Of a DNA stretch of 64,000 nt, positions 10,305-20,151 are shown piece after piece. This stretch comes from Syntrophorhabdaceae bacterium. Its GTDB lineage: Bacteria; Desulfobacterota; Syntrophorhabdia; Syntrophorhabdales; Syntrophorhabdaceae. Each line of letters begins with the position of its first letter. The stretch's first letter is position 1. The translations under genes and the position numbers were made by a program. The notes under the pieces were generated by a model. The model ran no database searches. It saw nothing but the letters and a program-made list of their open reading frames with translations, and was not told where the DNA came from. The stretch spans positions 2,784,001 through 2,848,000 of the forward strand of contig OY762209.1 in the NCBI GenBank assembly GCA_963665295.1. The letters are read 5' to 3'.

Positions 10305-11287
10305 GGATGGTTGCCTGGGAACTTACCAGGAACTGCAACCTCAGTTGCATACATTGCAGGGCGTCGGCCACGTCGGGCCCTCACGCAGGTGAGTTGACCC
10401 TCCCTGAATGCACGAAGATCCTGGACGAAATCCGGGCTTTTTCCGATCCCACCATCATCCTGACCGGTGGAGAACCCCTTATGCGGGACGATGTTTTCGA
10501 TATAATCGATTACGGCGCCGCAAAAGGACTGAGGATGGTGATAGCGGTCAACGGGACTCTCCTCGACGGGGAAAAGGCGGCAAAACTCAAAGAGTCGGGG
10601 ATCAAGCGGGTCAGCATGAGTCTCGATGGACCGGACAGGGGAACCCACGACAGGTTCAGGGGCGTGACGGGCTCCTTTGACGCCGTGATGAAAGGGGCGG
10701 AGATACTGCGCGCCGCGGCCATGCCTTTCCAGATAAACACCACCGTGACCAGACTGAACGCAGACCGCCTTCACGAAGTATACAGGGTCGTCAAAAGCAT
10801 GGGAGCCGTGGGATGGCATGTCTTTCTCCTTGTACCCGTGGGACGGGGAGAAGGGTTGAAGGGCGAGGAACTGAACACGAGGATGTACGAATCGACCCTC
10901 GAGGACCTCTATGAGATCGAAACGAGAAATGAGATTGAGTTGAAGGTGACCTGTGCGCCTCACTATTACAGGATTGTAAAGGAAAGGGGCGGCGTCCCCA
11001 AAAGCGCGGGCTGCCTCGCGGGGAAGAGCTTCATGTTTATATCCCACAAAGGCGTTGCCCAGCCGTGCGGATATCTCGAAGTCCCTTCGGGGGACGTGAG
11101 AGAATTGGGTGTGAGGAGTGTTTGGCAGAATTCTCCCGTCTTCACGGAACTGAGAACCCTCTCGTCCTACAAAGGCAAATGCGGCGCCTGCAGGTACCTC
11201 AAGATATGCGGCGGCTGCCGGGCCAGGGCCTTTGAGTCCCGCGGCCACATCCTGGAAGAAGAACCATACTGTTCGTATAACGGTTAG
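10280..11287 (+). CDS. ahbD: Radical SAM/SPASM heme b synthase
   Basis: LRMVAWELTRNCNLSCIHC, TCAPHYYR, GCLAG, CGGCRARA. Confidence 0.88.
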   Translation: MVEREFPLRMVAWELTRNCNLSCIHCRASATSGPHAGELTLPECTKILDEIRAFSDPTIILTGGEPLMRDDVFDIIDYGAAKGLRMVIAVNGTLLDGEKAAKLKESGIKRVSMSLDGPDRGTHDRFRGVTGSFDAVMKGAEILRAAAMPFQINTTVTRLNADRLHEVYRVVKSMGAVGWHVFLLVPVGRGEGLKGEELNTRMYESTLEDLYEIETRNEIELKVTCAPHYYRIVKERGGVPKSAGCLAGKSFMFISHKGVAQPCGYLEVPSGDVRELGVRSVWQNSPVFTELRTLSSYKGKCGACRYLKICGGCRARAFESRGHILEEEPYCSYNG

Positions 11288-11496
11288 CCGGCCCGGCAGC
11301 GATGACCCTTCGTTTTTTAGCGTAATTCCCCACCGGCAATTGAATATCGGTAGTGGCCCGGCCACTGCTTCGAATATTTTCCCGGCCCCTGTTCTCCTGG
11401 TATCCGCCGATTGACAAGTATCCCGATAATGCTGATATTAAAACAAAAATAGCTTGCGAGTAGTGAGGAATCGCAGAACTTACAAAGGAGGGTCAC

Positions 11497-11943
11497 ATGC
11501 TCAAACCAACAAAAATACTGGTACCGACGGACTTCTCAGAGTATTCGGACAAGGCATTCCGACAGGCGCTCGACATTGCAAAACAGTATAACGCGAAGGT
11601 ATTTCTCCTTCATGTGATCCATGAAGAGTTCCACCAGTGTGTCGTTGACTATTGCCTTACCGAAGAGCAGATGGACCAGATGAAGAACTCGATGGCGGCG
11701 CGGGTCCAGGAGGAGTTTCAGAAACAGATCGCGAAATTTCCCCAGGCCAAGGAAGTGGACGTGGTTACCGACGTGAAGCAGGGTATCCCTTACGAGGCGA
11801 TCCTGAAGGAAGAAGGCGACAGGGGCATAGACCTTATCGTCATTGCCTCCCTGGGCAGGTCCGGCATTGCGAAATACATTATAGGGAGCGTTGCGAGGAA
11901 CGTACTGAAAGGGGCTAAATGTCCGGTTCTTCTCACAAAATAG
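11497..11943 (+). CDS. Universal stress protein
   Basis: ILVPTDFS, DLIVIASLGRSG..IGSVARNVL..CPVL; AAGGAGG RBS. Confidence 0.93.
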   Translation: MLKPTKILVPTDFSEYSDKAFRQALDIAKQYNAKVFLLHVIHEEFHQCVVDYCLTEEQMDQMKNSMAARVQEEFQKQIAKFPQAKEVDVVTDVKQGIPYEAILKEEGDRGIDLIVIASLGRSGIAKYIIGSVARNVLKGAKCPVLLTK

Positions 11944-12040
11944 CATGACCGACGCCGTGTCCCGGCTCCCTGATGGGGCGGAGACACGGGCTCAAGGGGC
12001 GGGGAGCGCCCCTACACAAATCGAATTGAAGGAGGCTTAT

Positions 12041-12487
12041 ATGTTCAGACCCACGAAAATACTGGTGCCCACGGATTTCTCCGAGTATTCCGACAAGGCG
12101 CTGCAACAGGCGTTCGACATTGCCGGGCAGAACAGCGCCAAGGTCTATGTACTCCATGTTATTCACGAGGAGATGCACCGCTGCTGGGTCGATTACTGTC
12201 TTTCCGACGAGCAGATGGAGCAGTTCAAGGCACAGATGAGGACAGGCGCCCAGGAAGACCTTCAGAAACAGGTCGCTAAATTTCCGGAGGCAAAGGGCCT
12301 TGAAATCACTCTCGATGTCAAGGGCGGCATCCCCGCCGAGGCGATCCTCAAGGAAGAGCAGGAGAAAGGGATCGACCTTATCGTTATCGGCTCCCTGGGC
12401 AGGACGGGCATAGCGAAATACTTTCTGGGGAGTGTAACCCTGAACGTGCTTAAAGGCGCGAAGTGCCCGGTGCTCCTCGCGAAATAG
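12041..12487 (+). CDS. Universal stress protein (tandem paralog)
   Basis: Same motifs and length; GAAGGAGG RBS before ATG 12041. Confidence 0.93.
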   Translation: MFRPTKILVPTDFSEYSDKALQQAFDIAGQNSAKVYVLHVIHEEMHRCWVDYCLSDEQMEQFKAQMRTGAQEDLQKQVAKFPEAKGLEITLDVKGGIPAEAILKEEQEKGIDLIVIGSLGRTGIAKYFLGSVTLNVLKGAKCPVLLAK

Positions 12488-12498
12488 TGGACATGAAG

Positions 12499-12542
12499 GG
12501 TCTCTCCCGCCCCGGTTTGCCGGGAGAGACCGTCACCTTTTA
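12499..12542 (+). terminator. Hairpin after the USP pair (putative terminator)
   Basis: GGTCTCTCCCG...CGGGAGAGACC stem with a short T tract downstream. Confidence 0.5.
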
Positions 12543-12568
12543 ACCGGAGAGCGTTCAGGAGAAGAATA

Positions 12569-14527
12569 TTGAACAGACTTGCGCGGGAAAGATCGGCTTA
12601 CCTTCAGCACGCAAAAGAACAGGCGATCGACTGGTACCCATGGTCGGAGGAAGCTTTCGAAAAGGCGGGGAGAGAGAGCAAACCGGTCTTCTTGAGTTCC
12701 GGCGCTCAATGGTGCCACTGGTGTCACGTCATGGCGCGGGAGAGCTTCGAAGATGAAGAAGTGGCGCGACTCCTCAATGAGCATTTCATATCCATCAAAC
12801 TGGACCGTGACGAAAGGCCTGATGTGGACAGAAGATACCAGCAGGTGACGGCCGTAATGGGGCACGGAGGCGGATGGCCCCTCAGTATCTTTCTTACCCC
12901 GGAGAAGAAGCCTTTTTTTGGAGGCACCTATTTTCCTCCTGAAGCGGGCTTCGGCAGACCCGGATTCAAGGACATACTGAGAACGGTGAGCAGGCTTTAC
13001 AGGGAGAAGAAGGATGAGATAGACGCGTACGGCGCGGAACTGGTGGAGATGCTTAAACCGGGTCCTTCTCCCGCGGGAAAGGCCGACGAGTCGATGGTTC
13101 ATAGCTGCGTGAGGCAGATCCTTGTGGAATACGACGGAAAGTACGGAGGGTTCGGCACGGCTCCGAAATTCCCCATGTCGGGGGCCCTCGAGTTGCTCAT
13201 CAACAGATTTTTTCTCACGAAAGAGGAACGTCTCGGTGACGCCGTGAAAAAGACACTTTTCAACATGGCAAAGGGCGGCATTCACGACCACCTGGGGGGA
13301 GGGTTCCACAGGTATTCCACGGATCAGGAATGGCTTATCCCCCACTTCGAGAAGATGGCGGACGACAATGCGTGGCTTCTCAGGAATTACACCGACGCTT
13401 ATGCGGTGTTCGGAGAACCCCGCTTCAGGGAGGTTGCGGAAGGCATCCTCCATTTTTTCAGAACCGACCTCTCCGACCCGTCAGGGGGGTTCTATGCGAG
13501 CCAGGACGCCGATGTCTCCCCGGAAGACGAGGGGGGATACTTCACATGGACCGACGGGGATTTCAAGGCTGTCCTCGATGAAACCGGGTATGCGGTCCTC
13601 TCCGCCTATTTTCTCCATGGGAAGGGTGCCATGCACCACGATGCGTCGAAGAAGGTGCTCTTTACGGCCTTTCCCGCCGAGGAAATCGCGAAACGCCTCG
13701 GGATGGAGTTGCGGACAGTGGAAGGCATAATAGGGGAGGGGAAAAGAAAACTCCTCGAAGCCCGCCGGAGGCGGCAGAGACCCTTCGTGGACACCGCCTT
13801 ATATACGTCGCTCAACGGGCTTGTCATTTCCGCTTTTCTGAAGGCCTACCGTGCTCTGGGGATCGAAGAGGCAAGAGACTTCGCCCTGGCAAGCATCGAC
13901 CGGATAAGGGCGCTTAATGTTTCGGGCGGCCGTCTGCTCCACTCGGAGGGCGTCGATGCACTGCTCGACGATTATATCTTCTTTTCCGATGCCCTTGTGG
14001 CGGCCTACGAAGTGACGGGCCGCACGGACTATCTCGAACAGGGCAGGATGTTCATGGACGCGTGCATCACGAGGTTCCGGGACGAGTCGGGGAGCGGCTT
14101 TTACGACACCGAGGATGAGGTGATCGGCATGAGGCTCAAGAGTATTGAAGACATGCCCCATCCTTCCGCCAACGCCCTTGCCATACCGGTACTCAACAGG
14201 CTTTCGTTCGCGTGCGGCGATGAAAGGTACCGCACTCTCGCCCGGGAAGCCCTCGACGCCTTTTCGCTGAGGGCGCAGCCGATCGGCCTTCACAGTGCGT
14301 ACTATTTTTGCGCCCTGGACGGGTATTTCAATTTGAGCGAGCTTACCTGCAACCTGTTGCCTGGTTCGGACCTTGCCCGCGGCGCCCTCTCCGTTTTCTG
14401 TCCCTATGAGGCGATCAGGTATGGCGAGGACAGGGGATACATCATTCCTTGCCGTCGGGGCACGTGTTTTGAGCCCGTCACCGGCGTCGAAGCCCTCAAG
14501 GAGTCTCTCACAGGTCGAAGCACCTGA
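12569..14527 (+). CDS. Thioredoxin-domain protein, YyaL/SSP411 (DUF255) family
   Basis: NRLARERSAYLQHA, WCHWCHVMARESF, GGGFHRYSTD..IPHFEKM. Confidence 0.93.
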   Translation: MNRLARERSAYLQHAKEQAIDWYPWSEEAFEKAGRESKPVFLSSGAQWCHWCHVMARESFEDEEVARLLNEHFISIKLDRDERPDVDRRYQQVTAVMGHGGGWPLSIFLTPEKKPFFGGTYFPPEAGFGRPGFKDILRTVSRLYREKKDEIDAYGAELVEMLKPGPSPAGKADESMVHSCVRQILVEYDGKYGGFGTAPKFPMSGALELLINRFFLTKEERLGDAVKKTLFNMAKGGIHDHLGGGFHRYSTDQEWLIPHFEKMADDNAWLLRNYTDAYAVFGEPRFREVAEGILHFFRTDLSDPSGGFYASQDADVSPEDEGGYFTWTDGDFKAVLDETGYAVLSAYFLHGKGAMHHDASKKVLFTAFPAEEIAKRLGMELRTVEGIIGEGKRKLLEARRRRQRPFVDTALYTSLNGLVISAFLKAYRALGIEEARDFALASIDRIRALNVSGGRLLHSEGVDALLDDYIFFSDALVAAYEVTGRTDYLEQGRMFMDACITRFRDESGSGFYDTEDEVIGMRLKSIEDMPHPSANALAIPVLNRLSFACGDERYRTLAREALDAFSLRAQPIGLHSAYYFCALDGYFNLSELTCNLLPGSDLARGALSVFCPYEAIRYGEDRGYIIPCRRGTCFEPVTGVEALKESLTGRST

Positions 14528-14599
14528 TTTTCGTTGACAGAAAGGGTTTTTTATATCAGAATCTTTCCAGATTTGAATAGGTTACACAGGGAGGGTTTT

Positions 14600-15604
14600 G
14601 TGGTAAAGAAGCTCGTTTTCATGGTGTTCCTTTTGATCGTCTATGCGGTCTTCGCAGCATCCCCGGCGGGAGCGAAGATGGTGCTGAAATATGGGCACAC
14701 AGGAGCCCTCAACCAGGCCCGGCACCTGGGAGCCCTTGCGTTTGCCCGATATGTGACCGAAAAGACCGGTGGTGAGATAGAGGTACAGGTGTTCCCCCGG
14801 GGACAACTCGGGGGCGAACGGGCCATGGTGGAACAGGTTCAGGTCGGCACTCTCCAGATGACCACCATATCCGCAGGTGTGCTTGCAAATTTCGTGAGTG
14901 AAGTGGGCGTGATAGAATTGCCCTTTGCATACCCTGACCGGGAGACAGCTTACAGGGTGCTCGACGACAAAGAGGTGGGGGAGGGACTCCGGAAATACTG
15001 CGAACCAAAGGGATTCGTGTTTATCGGCTACACGGAAGATGAATTCAGGGACCTGACAAACTGGAAGGGGCCGGTAACGAGGCCCGAGGACCTGAAAGGT
15101 CTCAGGATAAGGGTTCTCAAGGGACCGCTTTCCATGGATACCTTCAGGACCCTCGGCGCAACCCCCGTTTCACTTCCTATGGAAGAGGTCTACGCCGCCT
15201 TACAGAAACGGACAATCGACGGCCAGGACAATCCGCTTTACACGTCCGTCCGGATGAGGTTCACGGAAGTGAACCCCTATGTGACCATGACGGACCACGT
15301 TTTGACCGAATGTCCTGTAATCCTTAACAAGAAATTCTGGGACGGCCTTTCTGCCCGCCACAAGCATATCCTGAGGGAAGGTGCCGCGATCCAGACCGGC
15401 GTGAACAGGGAAGGCGCCTTGAAGGCCCGCATGGAGGCCCTTGAAAAGGCAAAGGCCGCAAATGTGACGATCACTGTGTTGAACCCCCAGGACAGAGAGT
15501 CCTTCAGGAAGTCGGTCAAACCGGTGTACGACAGGTACCGGGATGTTTTCGGGCCCGAATGGTACGACTTCTTCATGAAGAAGATTGAATACTATCGGAG
15601 ATAG
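14600..15604 (+). CDS. dctP: TRAP transporter substrate-binding protein (DctP family)
   Basis: Signal peptide, QLGGERAM, DLKGLRIRV, EVYAALQ..IDGQDNP; GTG start after GGAGG. Confidence 0.9.
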   Translation: MVKKLVFMVFLLIVYAVFAASPAGAKMVLKYGHTGALNQARHLGALAFARYVTEKTGGEIEVQVFPRGQLGGERAMVEQVQVGTLQMTTISAGVLANFVSEVGVIELPFAYPDRETAYRVLDDKEVGEGLRKYCEPKGFVFIGYTEDEFRDLTNWKGPVTRPEDLKGLRIRVLKGPLSMDTFRTLGATPVSLPMEEVYAALQKRTIDGQDNPLYTSVRMRFTEVNPYVTMTDHVLTECPVILNKKFWDGLSARHKHILREGAAIQTGVNREGALKARMEALEKAKAANVTITVLNPQDRESFRKSVKPVYDRYRDVFGPEWYDFFMKKIEYYRR

Positions 15605-16151
15605 AGCCCGCAGACCCGTCAGACGGACCGGGGACGCCGATGGATTTGATTCCCGCCCGTGCGTCGGCGGTTCCGGCAATTTTCCAGGGGAAAAGATATG
15701 TATTTCTCGGCAGCCCGCGGATGGCCCATCTGCGTCCTGCCCCGTATTTTACGCATCGGCCGGGGCCGACGGGCGAGCAAAACCGGCAATGCCTGCTCAC
15801 TTTACAAATGATGGACTGATAATTATAATAGCTATGTCGGGGTCAGAACCAACGGGTGCCGACCGACGCGAGAAATATGCTTTTTGGGGGGTTGTTATTT
15901 CTGAAGGCAGAGCGAGAGATGCGTGCCGTTTACCGGGATGAAATGTATTGAGAAGGCCTTTGTGCTCCTCGAAAGTCATCGCCCCGGTTCCACGGGGCCC
16001 TTGCCCCTGCTTCCCTTTGCGACGTTGGCTGGGCGGAATTTTCGGACGCCGTGGCCTGCCCGGAGCGCTCTCTTCCCTCTATACGGGCGGAGAAGAAGTT
16101 TTTCCGCCGGAGACGGGACGGAATGGTTACATTAAATGGAGGTGAAAGGGA

Positions 16152-17576
16152 ATGGCAAGGGTCCTGATCATAGACGATGATGAGATAATATCGGAGATGC
16201 TTTCCGACATGGTCTCTATCTGGGGACATGACGCGGCCACCGCCGGAACCCTCGAGGAAGGACTGGAGAAGGTCCGGTCGGACTCCTACGACGTGGTATT
16301 TCTCGACATAAGACTGCCGGACGGCAGCGGTCTCGACATATTGCCGAAGATCCGGGAAGCATCATCATCCCCGGAGATCATTATTATCACAGGTTTCGGT
16401 GATCCTGATGGGGCGGAACTCGCCATAAAGAACGGGGCCTGGGACTACATCGAGAAGTCTTCTTCCATAAAGGAAATGGAACTGCCCTTTGTACGGGCCA
16501 TCCAATACCGACAGGAAAAACGGTCGAAGATGCCCCCGGTGTTGTTGAAACGTGAAAACATTATAGGAAGCTCGCCCCAGATGCAGACTTGCTTTGATTT
16601 TCTGGCGCAAACGGCCAACAGTGAAGCCAACGTGCTTGTTTTCGGAGAGACCGGCACGGGCAAGGAACTTTTCGCAAGGGCTATTCACGACAATAGTTCG
16701 AGAGCGCACAAGAACTTCGTTGTCGTGGATTGCGCATCCTTCCCTGAGACCCTTGTGGAGAGCATAATTTTCGGCCACGAAAAGGGTGCGTTTACCGGGG
16801 CGGACAAGGCGCAAGACGGCTTGATCAAACAGGCCCACGGAGGAACCCTTTTCCTCGACGAAATCGGGGAGCTCCCCCTCTCGATCCAGAAGACCTTCCT
16901 CAGGGTACTTCAGGAACACCGGTTTCGCCCGGTGGGGGGCAAACACGAGATCGAAAGCAATTTCAGACTCATCTCAGCGACAAACAAGGACCTTGCCCTC
17001 ATGGTTTCAAAGGGCAGGTTCCGTGAAGACCTTTTGTTCCGCCTGCGCACCCTCAGTGTCGAATTGCCTCCCCTAAGGACCCACCAGGGGGACATCAAAG
17101 AACTGGCCATCTATTACGTAACAAGGATCTGTGAGCGTTACGGGGTCGGGATAAAGGGTTTTTCCTCGGATTTCCTGGAGGCCCTCATGGCCTACGAATG
17201 GCCGGGGAACGTGCGGGAACTGGTGAATGCCCTTGAAAGGGCAATATCCGCGGCGTTCCATGAGCCCACCCTGTTCCCCAAACACCTTCCCACGGAAATA
17301 AGGGTTCAGGTGGCGCGGGCCTCGGTATTCAAGGAGAACCCGGGACCGGGGAGCGAAGTGAAACCCGTCGATTCCCGTCCGACCCTTGAACCGTTAAGGG
17401 AATACAGGGACGCAGCCATTGCGAAGGCGGAGAAATCCTATCTGGAAGACTTGATACGCCTGACCGCGGGCAATATTAAGGAAGCCTGCCACATGTCGGG
17501 CCTATCGAGGCCACGTTTGTACGCCCTCCTGAAGCAGTATAATATCCGGACAGTAAGACACGAAATAGAAGAGTAG
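16152..17576 (+). CDS. Sigma54-dependent response regulator (NtrC/AtoC family)
   Basis: Receiver, [30 protein letters not shown], Fis HTH. Confidence 0.96.
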   Translation: MARVLIIDDDEIISEMLSDMVSIWGHDAATAGTLEEGLEKVRSDSYDVVFLDIRLPDGSGLDILPKIREASSSPEIIIITGFGDPDGAELAIKNGAWDYIEKSSSIKEMELPFVRAIQYRQEKRSKMPPVLLKRENIIGSSPQMQTCFDFLAQTANSEANVLVFGETGTGKELFARAIHDNSSRAHKNFVVVDCASFPETLVESIIFGHEKGAFTGADKAQDGLIKQAHGGTLFLDEIGELPLSIQKTFLRVLQEHRFRPVGGKHEIESNFRLISATNKDLALMVSKGRFREDLLFRLRTLSVELPPLRTHQGDIKELAIYYVTRICERYGVGIKGFSSDFLEALMAYEWPGNVRELVNALERAISAAFHEPTLFPKHLPTEIRVQVARASVFKENPGPGSEVKPVDSRPTLEPLREYRDAAIAKAEKSYLEDLIRLTAGNIKEACHMSGLSRPRLYALLKQYNIRTVRHEIEE

Positions 17577-17649
17577 AGATAATCCCGGCATTCTCCCCCC
17601 TTTTTTCGGCCGGAGAGATGGCGGATCGTCTCATAGGGAAAGACAGAAA

Positions 17650-17688
17650 GTCTTGTGTAACGAGAATTATGTCTTGCATAACAAGACA
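17650..17688. promoter_or_regulatory. Tandem UAS-like sites (GTCTT..AAGAC)
   Basis: GTCTTGTGTAACGAGAA-TTAT-GTCTTGCATAACAAGACA; similar to 44364-44403. Confidence 0.65.
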
Positions 17689-17782
17689 GTGAGCCTTTTC
17701 CTTTATACCATGGATGCCGGGGTTTCCCTGAAAAATGCGCCCTGAAGGCCCTCTCACGGGGTCCTGTTCCCTCCCTTATCTC

Positions 17783-17798
17783 TGGCACATATATTGAA
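17783..17798 (+). promoter_or_regulatory. Sigma54 -24/-12 promoter
   Basis: TGGCAC-N5-TTGAA, 94 nt downstream of the UAS. Confidence 0.65.
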
Positions 17799-17820
17799 TG
17801 TTCTTCCGTGGAACGAAGAC

Positions 17821-18267
17821 ATGTTGACCAAAACCCCTAATGGACTCTGGAGAGAGGAACGGCCCGGCGCAGGAAACAGACTCAACGTCATCCTTTATGT
17901 GCGGGACTCGGATATTCTGAAAGCGATTGAGGAAGCGTTTTCCAGAGTGATACCCGCTGTCCGGATAGAGTTCTGCCGGACTATAGAGACATTTGTGGAG
18001 AGTCTCCGGAAGCTTGCCTACGACCGCACTGTCGCGGTGATTGTAGTTACCGACAGGAGCGACCTCGAGAATATCACTTCACTCCAGCGGTTCTTGCTGA
18101 CCTTACGCACCATACTTGTGCTCCCCGACGGCGATGACCAGATGGTCGCCATGGCGCATAGTCTGAGACCGCGGTTTGTCAGCCACCATGAGGACGATTT
18201 TACGAATGTAGTTGCCGTTTTGAATAAAATGCTCGCTGAACTCAATTCAAAACCACGTATGGAATAA
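17821..18267 (+). CDS. Hypothetical protein, degenerate receiver-like fold
   Basis: Alternating beta/alpha pattern (VILYVRDSD..AVIVV..ILVL..RPRFV); start moved past the sigma54 -12 box. Confidence 0.55.
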   Translation: MLTKTPNGLWREERPGAGNRLNVILYVRDSDILKAIEEAFSRVIPAVRIEFCRTIETFVESLRKLAYDRTVAVIVVTDRSDLENITSLQRFLLTLRTILVLPDGDDQMVAMAHSLRPRFVSHHEDDFTNVVAVLNKMLAELNSKPRME

Positions 18268-18280
18268 GGAGGTTTCGATT

Positions 18281-18562
18281 ATGGATGCTCTTCATCAGGG
18301 ACAAAACGTGCCGGAAACGCAGTGGGTTGTCGATCGAAACAATGGTATGCCGATTCTGGACCGGTCCTCTTACGGTCAGCCGGATGTAAAGCTCATGGAT
18401 AACCTGCATACCATCCTGACCCTTTCCCTGGTATTTTTTGAGAAAATTGTGAAACCCTTCGACGACCGGACCGGTATGTCTCCCTTCAATGAAGACGAAG
18501 GCGACTGCGGGGAGCGTTCGTGGGGCCCATTGAGCAACGCGGAAAGGATCCGGATTACGTGA
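18281..18562 (+). CDS. Small hypothetical protein
   Basis: TAAGGAGG RBS; 13 nt after the upstream gene. Confidence 0.55.
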   Translation: MDALHQGQNVPETQWVVDRNNGMPILDRSSYGQPDVKLMDNLHTILTLSLVFFEKIVKPFDDRTGMSPFNEDEGDCGERSWGPLSNAERIRIT

Positions 18563-18702
18563 GGAAGGCCCTCCTGGCGCCTTTAGCCCGGAGTTGGGGG
18601 AGTCCCGTGGGCCACAGGTTGCCATGTGCGGCCGGGATACCCGGGGAGACGGACCCTGCTTTTTTGATTACACAAGTCGGACAAAACTGAGAAGGAGGAA
18701 GG

Positions 18703-19656
18703 ATGAGCGCACCTCAGACGAGCGAAACCCAATGGAAATACCCCGGAGAAGCAATAGGAAACCGGCTCAGCCGGTGGAGCGGGCGGGAGTTGACGGAGGG
18801 ACGGCAGGGAGGGCTCAAGATGGTTGGCGCGTACACGCCTGCCAATCTTCATCATGTAAAGGAAATGGTGGGTGTAGTTGAATTTGCTTCGGACGTGGCG
18901 CACCACTTCAATAACATTCTGGCTATAGTATCGGGTTACGGAGGCCTCCTGAAGGTAAAGATGTCCAAAGACGACCCCTCCCTGACCTACGTGGAGAAGA
19001 TGCTCGCCTCGTCGCAGAAGGCGCAGGATGTGATCCGCAGCCTTTTCGTGTTTTCGGGAAACGAGCGGATCATATTAAGAGAAATGGACCTGAACAAGGT
19101 AATCAAGCGAGCTACGAGGTTCCTTGAGTCCGGTGAATCCGGGCCGGAGAAGAAGGTGGAAATGAGGCTGGAGCTCCACGAGGGCGAGTTGATCGTTATG
19201 GCCGATGTTGTCCGGATGGAGGAAGTTCTTGCAAATCTGATAGGTAACGCACGGGACGCCATGCCTAGTGGCGGGATAGTGACTTTGCGCACCGAACCGA
19301 TGACTTTGGGCCACGCCGGGAGCGGCGGATCCCGCTTCGCGAGCATCACCGTGACGGATACGGGTTCGGGCATGGATAAAGAAACCAGGGAAAGGATGTT
19401 CGATCCCTTTTTCACCACAAAAGGGCCTGGGAGGAATATCGGACTCGGCCTTTCCAAGGTGTATGGCATCGTGAAGGCCCATTCAGGTGAAATGACCGTT
19501 GAAAGCGCGCCGGGAGAAGGGACTTCGGTAAGGATCCGCGTACCCCTCGTACGAAGCGAGGCCAGGCTCATGGACCCCATACCGCTTCCTGACTCGATTG
19601 TGGCGGGAAGGCTGCACCTTTGCAGCTCATATATAGGTGAGACCATATGTGAGTGA
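18703..19656 (+). CDS. Sensor-less histidine kinase (HisKA + HATPase_c)
   Basis: VAHHFNN H-box, NLIGNARDAM, DTGSGM, FDPFFTTK, GLGLS. Confidence 0.85.
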   Translation: MSAPQTSETQWKYPGEAIGNRLSRWSGRELTEGRQGGLKMVGAYTPANLHHVKEMVGVVEFASDVAHHFNNILAIVSGYGGLLKVKMSKDDPSLTYVEKMLASSQKAQDVIRSLFVFSGNERIILREMDLNKVIKRATRFLESGESGPEKKVEMRLELHEGELIVMADVVRMEEVLANLIGNARDAMPSGGIVTLRTEPMTLGHAGSGGSRFASITVTDTGSGMDKETRERMFDPFFTTKGPGRNIGLGLSKVYGIVKAHSGEMTVESAPGEGTSVRIRVPLVRSEARLMDPIPLPDSIVAGRLHLCSSYIGETICE

Positions 19657-19806
19657 GCCTCCATAGAGAGACGAGATTTTAACTCCCCCTCACCCCTCCC
19701 TTCGGCGCAAGCTCCCCTGTCCCTTGTTCTCCTTGCTCTCCAAGGAGGACATTGGACAGGGGTGGGAGGGGTCCCCCCCCAAAGAATAGGAAGCGGGAGC
19801 GGCTAT

Positions 19807-20151
19807 ATGGTAAAGATCAAAAGGGTTTACGAAAAGCCAAGCGAAGATGACGGCCGGAGGTTCCTGGTTGACAGGCTCTGGCCGCGAGGTCTCACAAAAG
19901 AAGAACTGGGTGCGGTTTTGTGGTTGAAAGACCTCGCTCCAAGCAATGAACTGCGCAGGCAGTTCCATCACGAGCCTGAAAGATGGGAAGAATTCCGAAA
20001 AAGGTATCTTGAGGAATTGGAAGGCAGGAAAGAGCTTGTAAGAAGGATCATTGAGGAAGCAGGGTCCGGGAATGTGACCCTCCTCTATGCGGCAAAGGAT
20101 ACATCCCACAATAATGCAGTGGTGCTCAAGGAGTTTATTTCCTATCTTTGA
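19807..20151 (+). CDS. DUF488 (YeaO-like) protein
   Basis: KIKRVYE..DDGRRFLVDRLWPRG..APSNELR..HNNAVVL. Confidence 0.9.
   Translation: MVKIKRVYEKPSEDDGRRFLVDRLWPRGLTKEELGAVLWLKDLAPSNELRRQFHHEPERWEEFRKRYLEELEGRKELVRRIIEEAGSGNVTLLYAAKDTSHNNAVVLKEFISYL

Noticed and set aside
8125..11287. Radical SAM/SPASM pair as a RiPP maturation system
   Set aside because: Sequence signatures and hemB context fit AhbC/AhbD; no precursor peptide
19684..19780. C-rich/G-rich imperfect hairpin as a REP or MITE
   Set aside because: Only one copy seen; no terminal repeats or target-site duplication
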